Assembly (NCBI GenBank): GCA_028291645.1
Contig: JAQGNU010000190.1
Coordinates: forward strand, 3,113 to 67,112
Length of the DNA stretch: 64,000 nt
Origin: Nevskia sp.
Lineage (GTDB): Bacteria > Pseudomonadota > Gammaproteobacteria > Nevskiales > Nevskiaceae
Direction of reading: 5' to 3'
Made by a program: the position numbers and the translations under genes. Position 1 is the stretch's first letter. The number at the start of each line of letters is the position of its first letter. Of this stretch, positions 54,721-63,228 are shown in pieces. The notes under the pieces were generated by a model. It was not told the origin of the DNA and ran no database searches. It worked only from the letters and a program-made list of their open reading frames with translations.

Positions 54721-56096
54721 CTGATCGCATGATGTCCCAGTTGACGCGGCGCGCCGGGCTGGCGGATGCCGCTTGCGCGCAGCAGGATTCCGTCGGCGCC
54801 GCGACTGCCGGCGACCAGACCGTCCGGGCCGAACAGGCTGCGCGAGCTGCCGTCCGGACGCGGCAGCATCAGCAGGTCTTCATAGCGCCGCAGTTCATAG
54901 ACATGGCTTTCCGTTGCGGCTACCTGATCCGCGCCGACCACGCGCTGCAGGGCATGCGTGGCCGATTGCAACCGTAAAACCTTGAGTCCATCCGGAACCT
55001 GCGGCTGCGGGAACAGCGCAGGCTCATGCCAGTAGCTGTTCTCGATGCGCGGCGTCACCGCGCCCGTTGCGAACCAGAGGTGGTCGCTACCTGAGGCACG
55101 CAGACTTTCATACGCGAGCGGGCGTGCCTGCTGATCCAGTGTGACGCGCCAGATCATGCCGTCGATGTGGTCGTCGACAGAGCCTGCCGACGGATCGCCG
55201 TGGCCCTTGAACCAGACGAAATAGTTGATCTGCGTCAGCCGCTCGGTTCCGAACCGCGTGAATGTGATCTGGTAATAAACCAGCGGCTGCGAAGCATCGA
55301 CCGTCGCACCGGATGCGGACCACGTCGGCGCGCCCGGGCGGTCGCGCTCGTCGTCGGTGTCTATCCAGAGCGCCGGCGCATTGACCTCGGCAAGCGCGCG
55401 CCAGGCGGAATCGAACAGGCCGGGGAAGCCGAGCTCGTCTGCAAGTGAATCGCCATAGCCGTTCGCGACGAGCGAACGGTCCTCGACCGGCTTGACCTGC
55501 CACAACAGCAATGGGCCGTGTTGTCCCAATTCGCCCAGTGGACGCGCGAACGCGCGCATCACGGCGGTTTGATGCTGGGTGACACGCGCGCGCAGCAGAG
55601 GCACTGCCAGGGGATACAGACCCAGCGTGCGCGCGGTATCCGAATAATCGTCGGGTGGTACCACTGCGGCAATCAGGCGAGCCCGATTGGCGGGATCGTC
55701 GAGTTCGATGCCGGCAAGGCCACGGCCGCAGTTCAGCAAATCGAAACGCAGGATCGCGGCTTCCTGTATCGACAGTCCCAGGTTGACATACTCGAACTCG
55801 CGCGCCTCCTGATCGTACTCGCGCATATGCCGGACCCAGGCGCCGACCTCGTCGATGCTGTGCACCTCGTTGCGGAACGAAGCCAAGGTGCGATCGGTGC
55901 GCAAGTAAGGAAAGCCCGGCACGCGGTAGTAGCCGGCATCGCGCACGCCGGCGGCATCGATCCGCGCATCGATTTCGGCATAACGGGCGCGACAGTTCTT
56001 GTAGGCCGCGAAAAAGCCGACGAAACGCGGATCGTCGTGCGCGCACGCTACAGCGCAGATAACAATTACGAGGGTAGCGACGAATAGGCGTGTCAT
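54636..56096 (-). CDS. Exported protein (possible lipoprotein), unknown function
   Basis: N-terminus MTRLFVATLVIVICAVAC-AHDD. 486 aa with native codon usage. I recognise no family. Confidence 0.6.
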   Translation of the reverse strand: MTRLFVATLVIVICAVACAHDDPRFVGFFAAYKNCRARYAEIDARIDAAGVRDAGYYRVPGFPYLRTDRTLASFRNEVHSIDEVGAWVRHMREYDQEAREFEYVNLGLSIQEAAILRFDLLNCGRGLAGIELDDPANRARLIAAVVPPDDYSDTARTLGLYPLAVPLLRARVTQHQTAVMRAFARPLGELGQHGPLLLWQVKPVEDRSLVANGYGDSLADELGFPGLFDSAWRALAEVNAPALWIDTDDERDRPGAPTWSASGATVDASQPLVYYQITFTRFGTERLTQINYFVWFKGHGDPSAGSVDDHIDGMIWRVTLDQQARPLAYESLRASGSDHLWFATGAVTPRIENSYWHEPALFPQPQVPDGLKVLRLQSATHALQRVVGADQVAATESHVYELRRYEDLLMLPRPDGSSRSLFGPDGLVAGSRGADGILLRASGIRQPGAPRQLGHHAISYIGRSEFDDPFVLESVFVPPPAAPATD

Positions 56097-56126
56097 CGTC
56101 TTCTGCCGGGATTCAACGTGCTTAGC

Positions 56127-57152
56127 TTACCTGGTTGCGACTGGCGCAACTTCCGTAAAGGACCACTGGAAGCTCACCTTGGCGGCGCCCTGCCACAGGC
56201 CGAGCCAGGTGGAATTGCCGTTCAACGAGAGCGGCAGCGGCAGTGTCGTCGTCACCGAACCTGACGAGGCGGCATGGCGCAGTGTCGCTGCGAGCCAGTC
56301 GACGACGGCGCTCGGCACTGGTTGTGGCTCCTGTTGGGTGCTGGTGTGGCCGTTTTCGGTATGGATCGTCGCGCCTACCGGGCGCGGAATGAAAACGTTG
56401 TCCAGATACATCGATCGAGTACTGTCCTGCGTATCGATAGTCGCGCCGAAATGATCGCAGAGCGCCAGGCCATCGCTGCTGTCGATCGAATCCGCCGAGT
56501 GATGTTCTGAGAATGGCACCAGCCGGTCGACATCCTTGTTGAAGCGCACGCCGTCGATCTGCATTTCCAGCGTCACCCGCGATTGCTCCGCGCAGCCGTG
56601 AAAAGGCAGGAAATAGAGATAGGTTCCAGGAACCGTGTCTTCTTCGAGGGCTGCCGGATATTCGAGCGCGGCGAAGATCGACGCGTAACGCATGGTGACG
56701 TCGCTATTGCAACGCTGGTCACCTTTGCATGCAGATATGTCCTCCTGCATGCGGTTGGACAGCGCGGCCTTCTCCTCCGGCGTTCTGGGCAACTGGAAAG
56801 GATGCCCGGATGCTTCGAACTCCTTCTTGGCGCGCCGTGCGAGAAAGATGATCTTCGCTTCGAAGCGCGTGTTGCGATCCAGGTCTTCGAGGTTGCGGAC
56901 CTGCAGCTGGCCGTCGGACTTGAGACGTGTCGTGATCTCATAGCGCTGGGTCGTCGTTGCTTTCGACCACTCTTCACCGGTCTTGGGGTCGCTTCGTTTC
57001 CAGGTTTGCCGGGCCTCGACCGTAACGACGTAGTGAAGCTGACGTTCGATATCCCGCGCCTGGACGGCACCGGAAATTGCCTGCATCGAGATGGCCATGA
57101 CGATCCTGTGGCTCCGCTTCTGCAGGCGCAGCTTGTTGGCGGAGCAGCTCAT
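56127..57152 (-). CDS. Exported protein, unknown function (start uncertain: 57152, 57098 or TTG 57200)
   Basis: Signal-like MSCSANKLRLQKRSHRIVMAISMQAISGAVQA-RD. Ends 30 nt upstream of the 54636-56096 gene. I recognise no family. Confidence 0.5.
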   Translation of the reverse strand: MSCSANKLRLQKRSHRIVMAISMQAISGAVQARDIERQLHYVVTVEARQTWKRSDPKTGEEWSKATTTQRYEITTRLKSDGQLQVRNLEDLDRNTRFEAKIIFLARRAKKEFEASGHPFQLPRTPEEKAALSNRMQEDISACKGDQRCNSDVTMRYASIFAALEYPAALEEDTVPGTYLYFLPFHGCAEQSRVTLEMQIDGVRFNKDVDRLVPFSEHHSADSIDSSDGLALCDHFGATIDTQDSTRSMYLDNVFIPRPVGATIHTENGHTSTQQEPQPVPSAVVDWLAATLRHAASSGSVTTTLPLPLSLNGNSTWLGLWQGAAKVSFQWSFTEVAPVATR

Positions 57153-57365
57153 ATATCGCTTGGAAGTTGGATTGCGATGCGGACTTCGTCGCTGAAGCAA
57201 AGGTTTCCAGATGCCATTGTCGGCTGGAAGTGCGGCTTCGATGTGCAGCCGCGGCTACGCACCGTCGACCCATGAAAGAGGCACCGCAGCTTACGGTGAA
57301 TGCGTGAAGATCAAGGCCGTGAACGCGGACGGCGCAGCCGACGCGCGCTCACGGCTCATGTCGTC

Positions 57366-57635
57366 CTAGGTGTTGCCGTTACGAGCACTTGCCCGGAGCT
57401 TCACCAGCAAGCCGGGTAGCGCCGTCTGCTTCAGGATCGGCAGGCCGGAAGTGACGGAATAGCCAGCCGTCAGCAAGGAAATCGGCAGGCCTTTAAGAGA
57501 CGCGGGGAGCGTAAGCAAGCCGCCTTTATGCAGCAAGGTGATGTTGGTCAATCCAAGACCTTTCCCGGATGCCGGTGCGGCAAACGCAGGAGCCGAGAGC
57601 GCCAACAGCAATGTGACCAATACGATCTTTTTCAT
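57366..57635 (-). CDS. Small secreted protein (89 aa) with Leu/Gly/Pro-rich quasi-repeats, unknown function
   Basis: Strong RBS GGAGGA. Signal peptide MKKIVLVTLLLALSAPAFA-AP. The mature part has LKGLPISLL / SGLPILKQ / LPGLLVKL. Confidence 0.55.
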   Translation of the reverse strand: MKKIVLVTLLLALSAPAFAAPASGKGLGLTNITLLHKGGLLTLPASLKGLPISLLTAGYSVTSGLPILKQTALPGLLVKLRASARNGNT

Positions 57636-57979
57636 CTTCTAATCCTCCAGTCGCACATCGAACGGTGTCGAAAAAATAGCTCCGCATCGACACACCTGTC
57701 CGGATAATAGCGATAGTATTGTTCCGTATCAATATAGAGGAAGACCGGGAAAGGCAGGCAATGCAAGCGGCCCCTGTCAGGCAGCGCGAGGCAGATGGCA
57801 TGAAGCTGCGCGAATTGCACTCCGGAAGCCTTGGCGGTCGGTATCTTCCGACGCGACGAACGGCGCGTTGTTACTGGTCGTTCTGAGCGCGAGTGGGGCA
57901 GCAGATCCCTGCGAAAGTCTCTGGCGGAATCGGAAGCCGGCAGCAAATCAACAAGCTGTGGGGCTTGCATTTATAAAAT

Positions 57980-57995
57980 AGTATGGTACCGTACG
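57980..57995. promoter_or_regulatory. Candidate operator, one mismatch: AGTATG-GTAC-CGTACG, within an AT-rich stretch
   Basis: Read directly from the sequence, inside the 830-bp non-coding region. Related half-conserved copies lie at 57715-57730 and 58321-58334. Confidence 0.4.
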
Positions 57996-58466
57996 CATAT
58001 ATTAAATATTCGAGCATTAGATACATAGGAGTGCTTGGAATTGGCGGCATGGAAGGCTCATAAAAGGTAGCGAACCTGACTTGTAGTAGAACTTGTTGTG
58101 CGACGAAAAGAACGACGCGATACGACGTCGATGCTTAGATAGAAAGCTCAGCGCGGCACTGACCGCACGCCACGAAGCTGCAACGGACGGAGGAATTACT
58201 TGCTTAATCTTGAAGTCGTGCCAGAGCGGCGGCCAACCCAATCGCGCTGCGTTCGGTGCTTGCCGAAGGCCAGTTCAACGTGAGCGCTCAACGCGCATAT
58301 CGACTCGCGTTAAAAATAAGGTCTGGAACCATACGTATTTATGAGGCCCGCATCGGAGCGACGATTCCGTGCGCTCTGCCGCGAATGCCTCGGGGCCCAT
58401 CGAATTAGCCACTTCGTCCGAAGCGGATTTCAGTGACCTAGTAAAACATTTTGAGGAGAGCACGAG

Positions 58467-59858
58467 ATGCACATCAGGAAATACGATTTTGATTACGGTC
58501 GCCGCATGCTGCTTCAGAAAGCTGCGGTCGGTGCCACTGCCGGCGTGCTTGCGCCGCTGTGGCCCACGATTGCGCGATCGGGTCAGGTGACGAAGGCCTA
58601 TCCGGATGAGTTGATCAGCATTGAGGCCAATACCAAGGGCAAGGTCAAGGTCGGAGATGTCATCACCTCGGCCAACGTCGAGTATGTGAAGCATCTGATG
58701 GATCCCATCATGTACGACCAGGTCCTCAAACAGGGCCGCAAGATTACGATCGGGCCACCCACCACCGACGTCTCCAAGCTGTTTCCGCATGCCTACTACG
58801 AAGCGACGCTGAGAAACGCCGGCAAGGCCGCGTTCGATGCTACCGGCAACGTTGTCGAGAAGGCGACTGGTGGCCCGTGGATCGGCGGCAACCCGTTTCC
58901 GGAGATGCGTACCGGTGAAGAGGCGACCGCCAACATCACGCTGAGCTGGGGTCGCCACGATATCTCGCAGTACGCCGTGCGTGACTTCGACATCAACCCG
59001 AACGGATCGCCGGCATTCACCTACGACTTCTTTTGGACGGAACTGAACACGACCTGTCGTACCGGCGCGGAAAAGATTTTCCAGGGCCATAAGGACATGT
59101 TGCGGTATCAGTCGGTGTTCTTCACTTCGCCGCAGGAACAGGCCGGCGCGTCGTTTCTGGTGCCCTGGTATTACGACCAGCGCAAGTTTCCGGACATCTA
59201 CGGCTACCTGCCGCAATTCCGCCGCATCCGTCAGTTCCCGGCCAACCAGCGTTTCGAACCGCTGGTCCCCGGTATCACCTTGTTTCTGTCCGACGCCTGG
59301 GGCGCCGGCGATCCGATGCTGACCTGGGGCAACTACAAGGTGGTGCGGCGCGAGCCGCATCTGGTGCCGGGCAACGGTAACTGGCGCGGCAAGGAGCACC
59401 CGAATTGGGAAAACCACCATCGTCACGGCGGTCCCAAGGGCGAGACCTTCATGGACACGACCATGGAACTGGTTCCGGAAACGCTGGTGATCGATGCGGA
59501 ACCGACCGGTTATCCGCGCGCGCCCGTCGGCAAGAAGACCATGTGGATCGACGCCCGCAACGGCATGCTCGCCGGCTACGTCACCTATGACCGTCGCGGA
59601 CAAATCTGGAAGCAGGTCGAAGGCGCGTTCGGCCAGCAGGTCCAGGGCGACGTCGTCAACAAGGACAAGGACGGCTATCCGAACTGGTCGTGGACGTTCG
59701 TGCACATCCAGGACGTGCAGTCGGGCCGCATGAGCTTGCTCAACCACGTCAAGCAGATTTCGGGCGGCTACTCGAGTTCGTATTACGCGGAAGACGAAGG
59801 AAAGGTCTACGACGGCTTCCTGACTCAGGCGGCGATTGCCCGTTTAGGTGCCGTTTAA
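58467..59858 (+). CDS. DUF1329 family periplasmic/outer-membrane-associated protein with a Tat-like signal
   Basis: RBS GAGGAGAG. N-terminus YGRRMLLQKAAVGATAGVLAPLW. Core GGPWIGGNPFPEMRTGEE...NITLSWGRHD is typical of DUF1329. Confidence 0.82.
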   Translation: MHIRKYDFDYGRRMLLQKAAVGATAGVLAPLWPTIARSGQVTKAYPDELISIEANTKGKVKVGDVITSANVEYVKHLMDPIMYDQVLKQGRKITIGPPTTDVSKLFPHAYYEATLRNAGKAAFDATGNVVEKATGGPWIGGNPFPEMRTGEEATANITLSWGRHDISQYAVRDFDINPNGSPAFTYDFFWTELNTTCRTGAEKIFQGHKDMLRYQSVFFTSPQEQAGASFLVPWYYDQRKFPDIYGYLPQFRRIRQFPANQRFEPLVPGITLFLSDAWGAGDPMLTWGNYKVVRREPHLVPGNGNWRGKEHPNWENHHRHGGPKGETFMDTTMELVPETLVIDAEPTGYPRAPVGKKTMWIDARNGMLAGYVTYDRRGQIWKQVEGAFGQQVQGDVVNKDKDGYPNWSWTFVHIQDVQSGRMSLLNHVKQISGGYSSSYYAEDEGKVYDGFLTQAAIARLGAV

Positions 59859-59879
59859 AAAGTCGAAGCAAGACTAGCG

Positions 59880-59916
59880 CCCCGGTCAGGTCCTCTGCGA
59901 ATGGACTTGGTCGGGG
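59880..59916 (+). other. Intercistronic hairpin (14-bp stem including three G-U pairs, 9-nt loop) between the DUF1329 and BNR genes, with no U-tract
   Basis: CCCCGGTCAGGTCC-tctgcgaat-GGACTTGGTCGGGG, read directly from the sequence. Confidence 0.4.
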
Positions 59917-59931
59917 TATCGAGGAGGCAGC

Positions 59932-60942
59932 ATGAAATTTTCGGCATGCACAGCGCTGTGTGCAAGTTCAGCGATTGTCGCAATTGGCGCAGCGGGCGGC
60001 GTCAGTTTGGCATTGGATAAAGTCAGCACCTCCAAGTTGTTGAAGACCGTCTTGGAGGGAACGGCGCACGATGCGCTGTTCGGGATCAGCTTCGACCAAG
60101 GCAAGGGCGTTGCAGTCGGAGTCGGTGGTAGCATTTTCGAATCGAGCGACGGCGGACTCGGCTGGGAGCCGGTAGAACAAAGTGCAACCCAGATGGCCTT
60201 GCTGGCAGTCGATCGGCATGGCGACCACACCATCGCCGTCGGTCAACGCGGCGCCATTCTGGTCGAGGAATCTGCGGGCCAGTGGAAAGCTGCATCCGCC
60301 CCGGACATGTCGCGGCTGTTTGCTGTCAGCGTTACCGCAGCGGGTGTTGCGGTCGCCGGCGGCGAATTCGGCGCGCTGATTCGCTCCGCTGATGGCGGCC
60401 TCAACTGGACGTCGATCGCGCCTGTGAGCTGGGATTCATTCATCAACGATGTTCCCGGCGGCAACGCACAGCCGAACATTTACGCGGTGAGCGTCAGCGA
60501 GTCCGGCGACATTCTGGTCGCCGGCGAATTCGGCGTGATCCTTCGTTCCAGGGATGAAGGCAAGACCTGGCAAGCGATCAAGCAGGGACAGTATCTGTCG
60601 CCTTCGCTGTTTTCGCTTTTCCAGTCCGACAAAGGGGTGCGCTTCGCGGTTGGACAGAAGGGCGACATCGAACGTTCTGCCGACGATGGTGCGACCTGGC
60701 AGCAGATTCCGACGAAGACCGACGCGAACCTGCTGAGCATCGCCGCAAAGCCGGGCGGACAGGAGCTGGTCGCGACCGGCATGCGCGCGATGCTGCACAG
60801 CACCGACGGCGGCACGACCTGGATGCCAGTGATCGAGGACGACACGCTCTCCGATTGGTATCAGGCCGTAAGAACCGATCTGGCTTCGGGACGAATCGAA
60901 GCCGTCGGGCACGCGGGAAAAATCATTCAGATCGGCAGCTAG
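59932..60942 (+). CDS. BNR/Ycf48(HCF136)-like beta-propeller protein, exported
   Basis: Signal MKFSACTALCASSAIVAIGAAGG. Repeated S-x-D-x-G-x-T/W motifs: SSDGGLGW, SADGGLNW, SRDEGKTW, SADDGATW, STDGGTTW. Confidence 0.82.
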   Translation: MKFSACTALCASSAIVAIGAAGGVSLALDKVSTSKLLKTVLEGTAHDALFGISFDQGKGVAVGVGGSIFESSDGGLGWEPVEQSATQMALLAVDRHGDHTIAVGQRGAILVEESAGQWKAASAPDMSRLFAVSVTAAGVAVAGGEFGALIRSADGGLNWTSIAPVSWDSFINDVPGGNAQPNIYAVSVSESGDILVAGEFGVILRSRDEGKTWQAIKQGQYLSPSLFSLFQSDKGVRFAVGQKGDIERSADDGATWQQIPTKTDANLLSIAAKPGGQELVATGMRAMLHSTDGGTTWMPVIEDDTLSDWYQAVRTDLASGRIEAVGHAGKIIQIGS

Positions 60943-61029
60943 GAAAGATCGATCGCCCGACGGGATCGGTCATCGGGCTCTGCTGATCTTTTAATAAAAG
61001 CAACGAAGCAAAGGGGAGGCACCTAGGAC

Positions 61030-63138
61030 ATGAGCTTCAAATTTGGAAAACGTTCAGCTTTGGGAGTTGCCGCACTTGTTCTGACCAGTACCGGTGCACA
61101 GGCCGGCGGCGGTGCCGGGTTTCAGTTCTTGGGCGGTGACGTTTCATACAACGGCCTGATCCGATCGGAACTCGCGATCAATACCGGTCACGCCGCATAT
61201 TCCAACCAGTTTGGCGATGAAGCCAACGGTGTACCGATCCCGCGCGCCGCGGGCAACCCGCTGACGAACTGGACGACAGTGCTCGATCCGACCGGACCGC
61301 TGCCACTGGGCTTCATCATTGGCGCGGTATTGCCGCCGACCAAGGGTGTTTCCAATCAGAGTCTGCTGACGACGACCGACGTCGTCACGCGTTACGTGCC
61401 GCACGAGAATCCAGACCTCAACTATCACGTCCTCAGGGGCGAACTGCAGACCACGATCGCCTGGGACAACATCGCCCTGGTCACCCGTCTTCGCGTGCTG
61501 TACGAACCTGACGGCCTCGGTTATCGGGACTTCGACTACGACGCTTACCAGGATATCAACGGCGGCATCACCGGCGGCGTTCCGGGGCTCTATCACCACA
61601 CGCCCAATCACCTCGGCTTCGAGGTCGAAGGAAAGAGGCATCCGTTGCTGTTCGAACGCTCAGGGGCCAATTATTCGGTCGATCTGCCCGCGTTCTTCCT
61701 GCAGTATCAGGTCGGCAGCCTGACCGCGCGCCTGGGCAATCAGAGCGTCGCCTGGGGCCAGCTGCTGTTCTTCCGCACGTTCGATACCGCCAATGGACTC
61801 GACTTGCGCCGCCATCTCATTCTCAACCGTGCGGTCGAGGAGTATGCGGACGTACGCGAATCGGCTCCCGGCCTGCGCCTCACTTACCAGTTGACGGACC
61901 AGGTCGTCGTCGATGCCTTCGTGCAGCAGTTCATTCCAACGATGCTGACGAATCCGAACACGCCGTACAACGTCGTTCCTTCGCAGTTCACCGTGCATGA
62001 TCGCTATTACCAGGACGGTGACGAGCGTCGACTCAACGAAGGCATCAAGATCAAGGGCGACTTCGGCGGATTCGACCTGGAAGGCTTCTACACGCGTCGC
62101 TACAACCCGCTCGGTGCCATCCGCTGGACTGCGTCAGGCGTCAACAAGCCGCTGCCGAATTCCAATCTGCTCGGCCTCGTCTTCAACCAGTATTGTCAGC
62201 TAGTCCTCGGCTCGCCGGTCGGGCAGGGATGCGGGCCGCAGCTCGCGAAGACGCCTTTCGAAGCATCGCCGGCCGGCGTTTTCTCCGCCGAGGAATGGTA
62301 CAACTACGCGGGCTACATCAAGCTCGATGCGCTCGACGGCCTGAACAAGGCGGTGGATGATTTCCCGGCGGCGCAGCAGTTGCTCGCACAGGACATCGGC
62401 CACAACAACGTCGCTGCAGGCAACGAACTCGACGCATTTTTCATGGCCGGAGAAGGTCTGCGCGGCCACATCGAGCGCAAGTACTTCGTCGAGAACGTGT
62501 TCGGACTCAGTGGCGGCTACGTGCTCGATGCCGAACCCGGCTCGATCCTCGATCAGCTGATCACGCACGTCGACGTCACCTACACACCGAAGCGCACATT
62601 CACCGCAGTCGACTTGCGGCAGCAGTTCGACAAGCGCGATGAGATCCAGGTGGGCCTGGTGATGGAGAAGTATCAGCGCTTCTCTCCGGATTTCCCCGCG
62701 ACCTACCTGGTGTTCCAGTATCTCTGGCAGAAGAACAGCGATCTGGTCGGCTTGCTCAACGACGGCTACGGCAGCGAGAACTACAGCCAGTCCTGCGGTA
62801 CGCGAACCGGATGCATCAAGCTGGACACGCACGTTCCCACCAGCGCCGATCCGAAAATCAATCCGGGCCGGCCTTGGGGTTCGAACTACCTCGTGTTCGC
62901 ATTCGTGCAGCCGTTCCCGAACTACATCTACGAGGTCAGTGCTGCGACTTTGGTCGATCCGTACGGCGGTGTGCTGTTCCAGCCGGGCGTGCAGTGGAAG
63001 CCGCAGGGCAATGTCACCGTCAACCTGTTCTACAACTACCTCAACGGCCACGCCTGGGGCGGCAATGCGAACAAGAACACGATCCATCTGATCGACTTTG
63101 CGAACGAAGTCGGCATCCGTCTCGGTTATCAGTTCTAA
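61030..63138 (+). CDS. DUF1302-family outer-membrane beta-barrel protein
   Basis: Signal peptide ...LTSTGAQA. LGNQSVAWGQLLFFRTFDTANGLDLRR core. Terminal ...GIRLGYQF (aromatic C-terminus). Confidence 0.8.
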   Translation: MSFKFGKRSALGVAALVLTSTGAQAGGGAGFQFLGGDVSYNGLIRSELAINTGHAAYSNQFGDEANGVPIPRAAGNPLTNWTTVLDPTGPLPLGFIIGAVLPPTKGVSNQSLLTTTDVVTRYVPHENPDLNYHVLRGELQTTIAWDNIALVTRLRVLYEPDGLGYRDFDYDAYQDINGGITGGVPGLYHHTPNHLGFEVEGKRHPLLFERSGANYSVDLPAFFLQYQVGSLTARLGNQSVAWGQLLFFRTFDTANGLDLRRHLILNRAVEEYADVRESAPGLRLTYQLTDQVVVDAFVQQFIPTMLTNPNTPYNVVPSQFTVHDRYYQDGDERRLNEGIKIKGDFGGFDLEGFYTRRYNPLGAIRWTASGVNKPLPNSNLLGLVFNQYCQLVLGSPVGQGCGPQLAKTPFEASPAGVFSAEEWYNYAGYIKLDALDGLNKAVDDFPAAQQLLAQDIGHNNVAAGNELDAFFMAGEGLRGHIERKYFVENVFGLSGGYVLDAEPGSILDQLITHVDVTYTPKRTFTAVDLRQQFDKRDEIQVGLVMEKYQRFSPDFPATYLVFQYLWQKNSDLVGLLNDGYGSENYSQSCGTRTGCIKLDTHVPTSADPKINPGRPWGSNYLVFAFVQPFPNYIYEVSAATLVDPYGGVLFQPGVQWKPQGNVTVNLFYNYLNGHAWGGNANKNTIHLIDFANEVGIRLGYQF

Positions 63139-63150
63139 CGGCCCTCGTAC

Positions 63151-63216
63151 CCGCATGCTTGATCCTGAGAATGCGGTTTTGCCAGCGGTCGGAAACGGCC
63201 GCTGGCGGCTTTTTTT
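63151..63216 (+). terminator. Tandem rho-independent terminators after the DUF1302 gene
   Basis: First hairpin: CCGCAT-N14-ATGCGG followed by TTTT. Second hairpin: GCCAGCGGTCG-GAAA-CGGCCGCTGGC followed by GGCTTTTTTT. Confidence 0.75.
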
Positions 63217-63228
63217 CCACGAGCTGCC

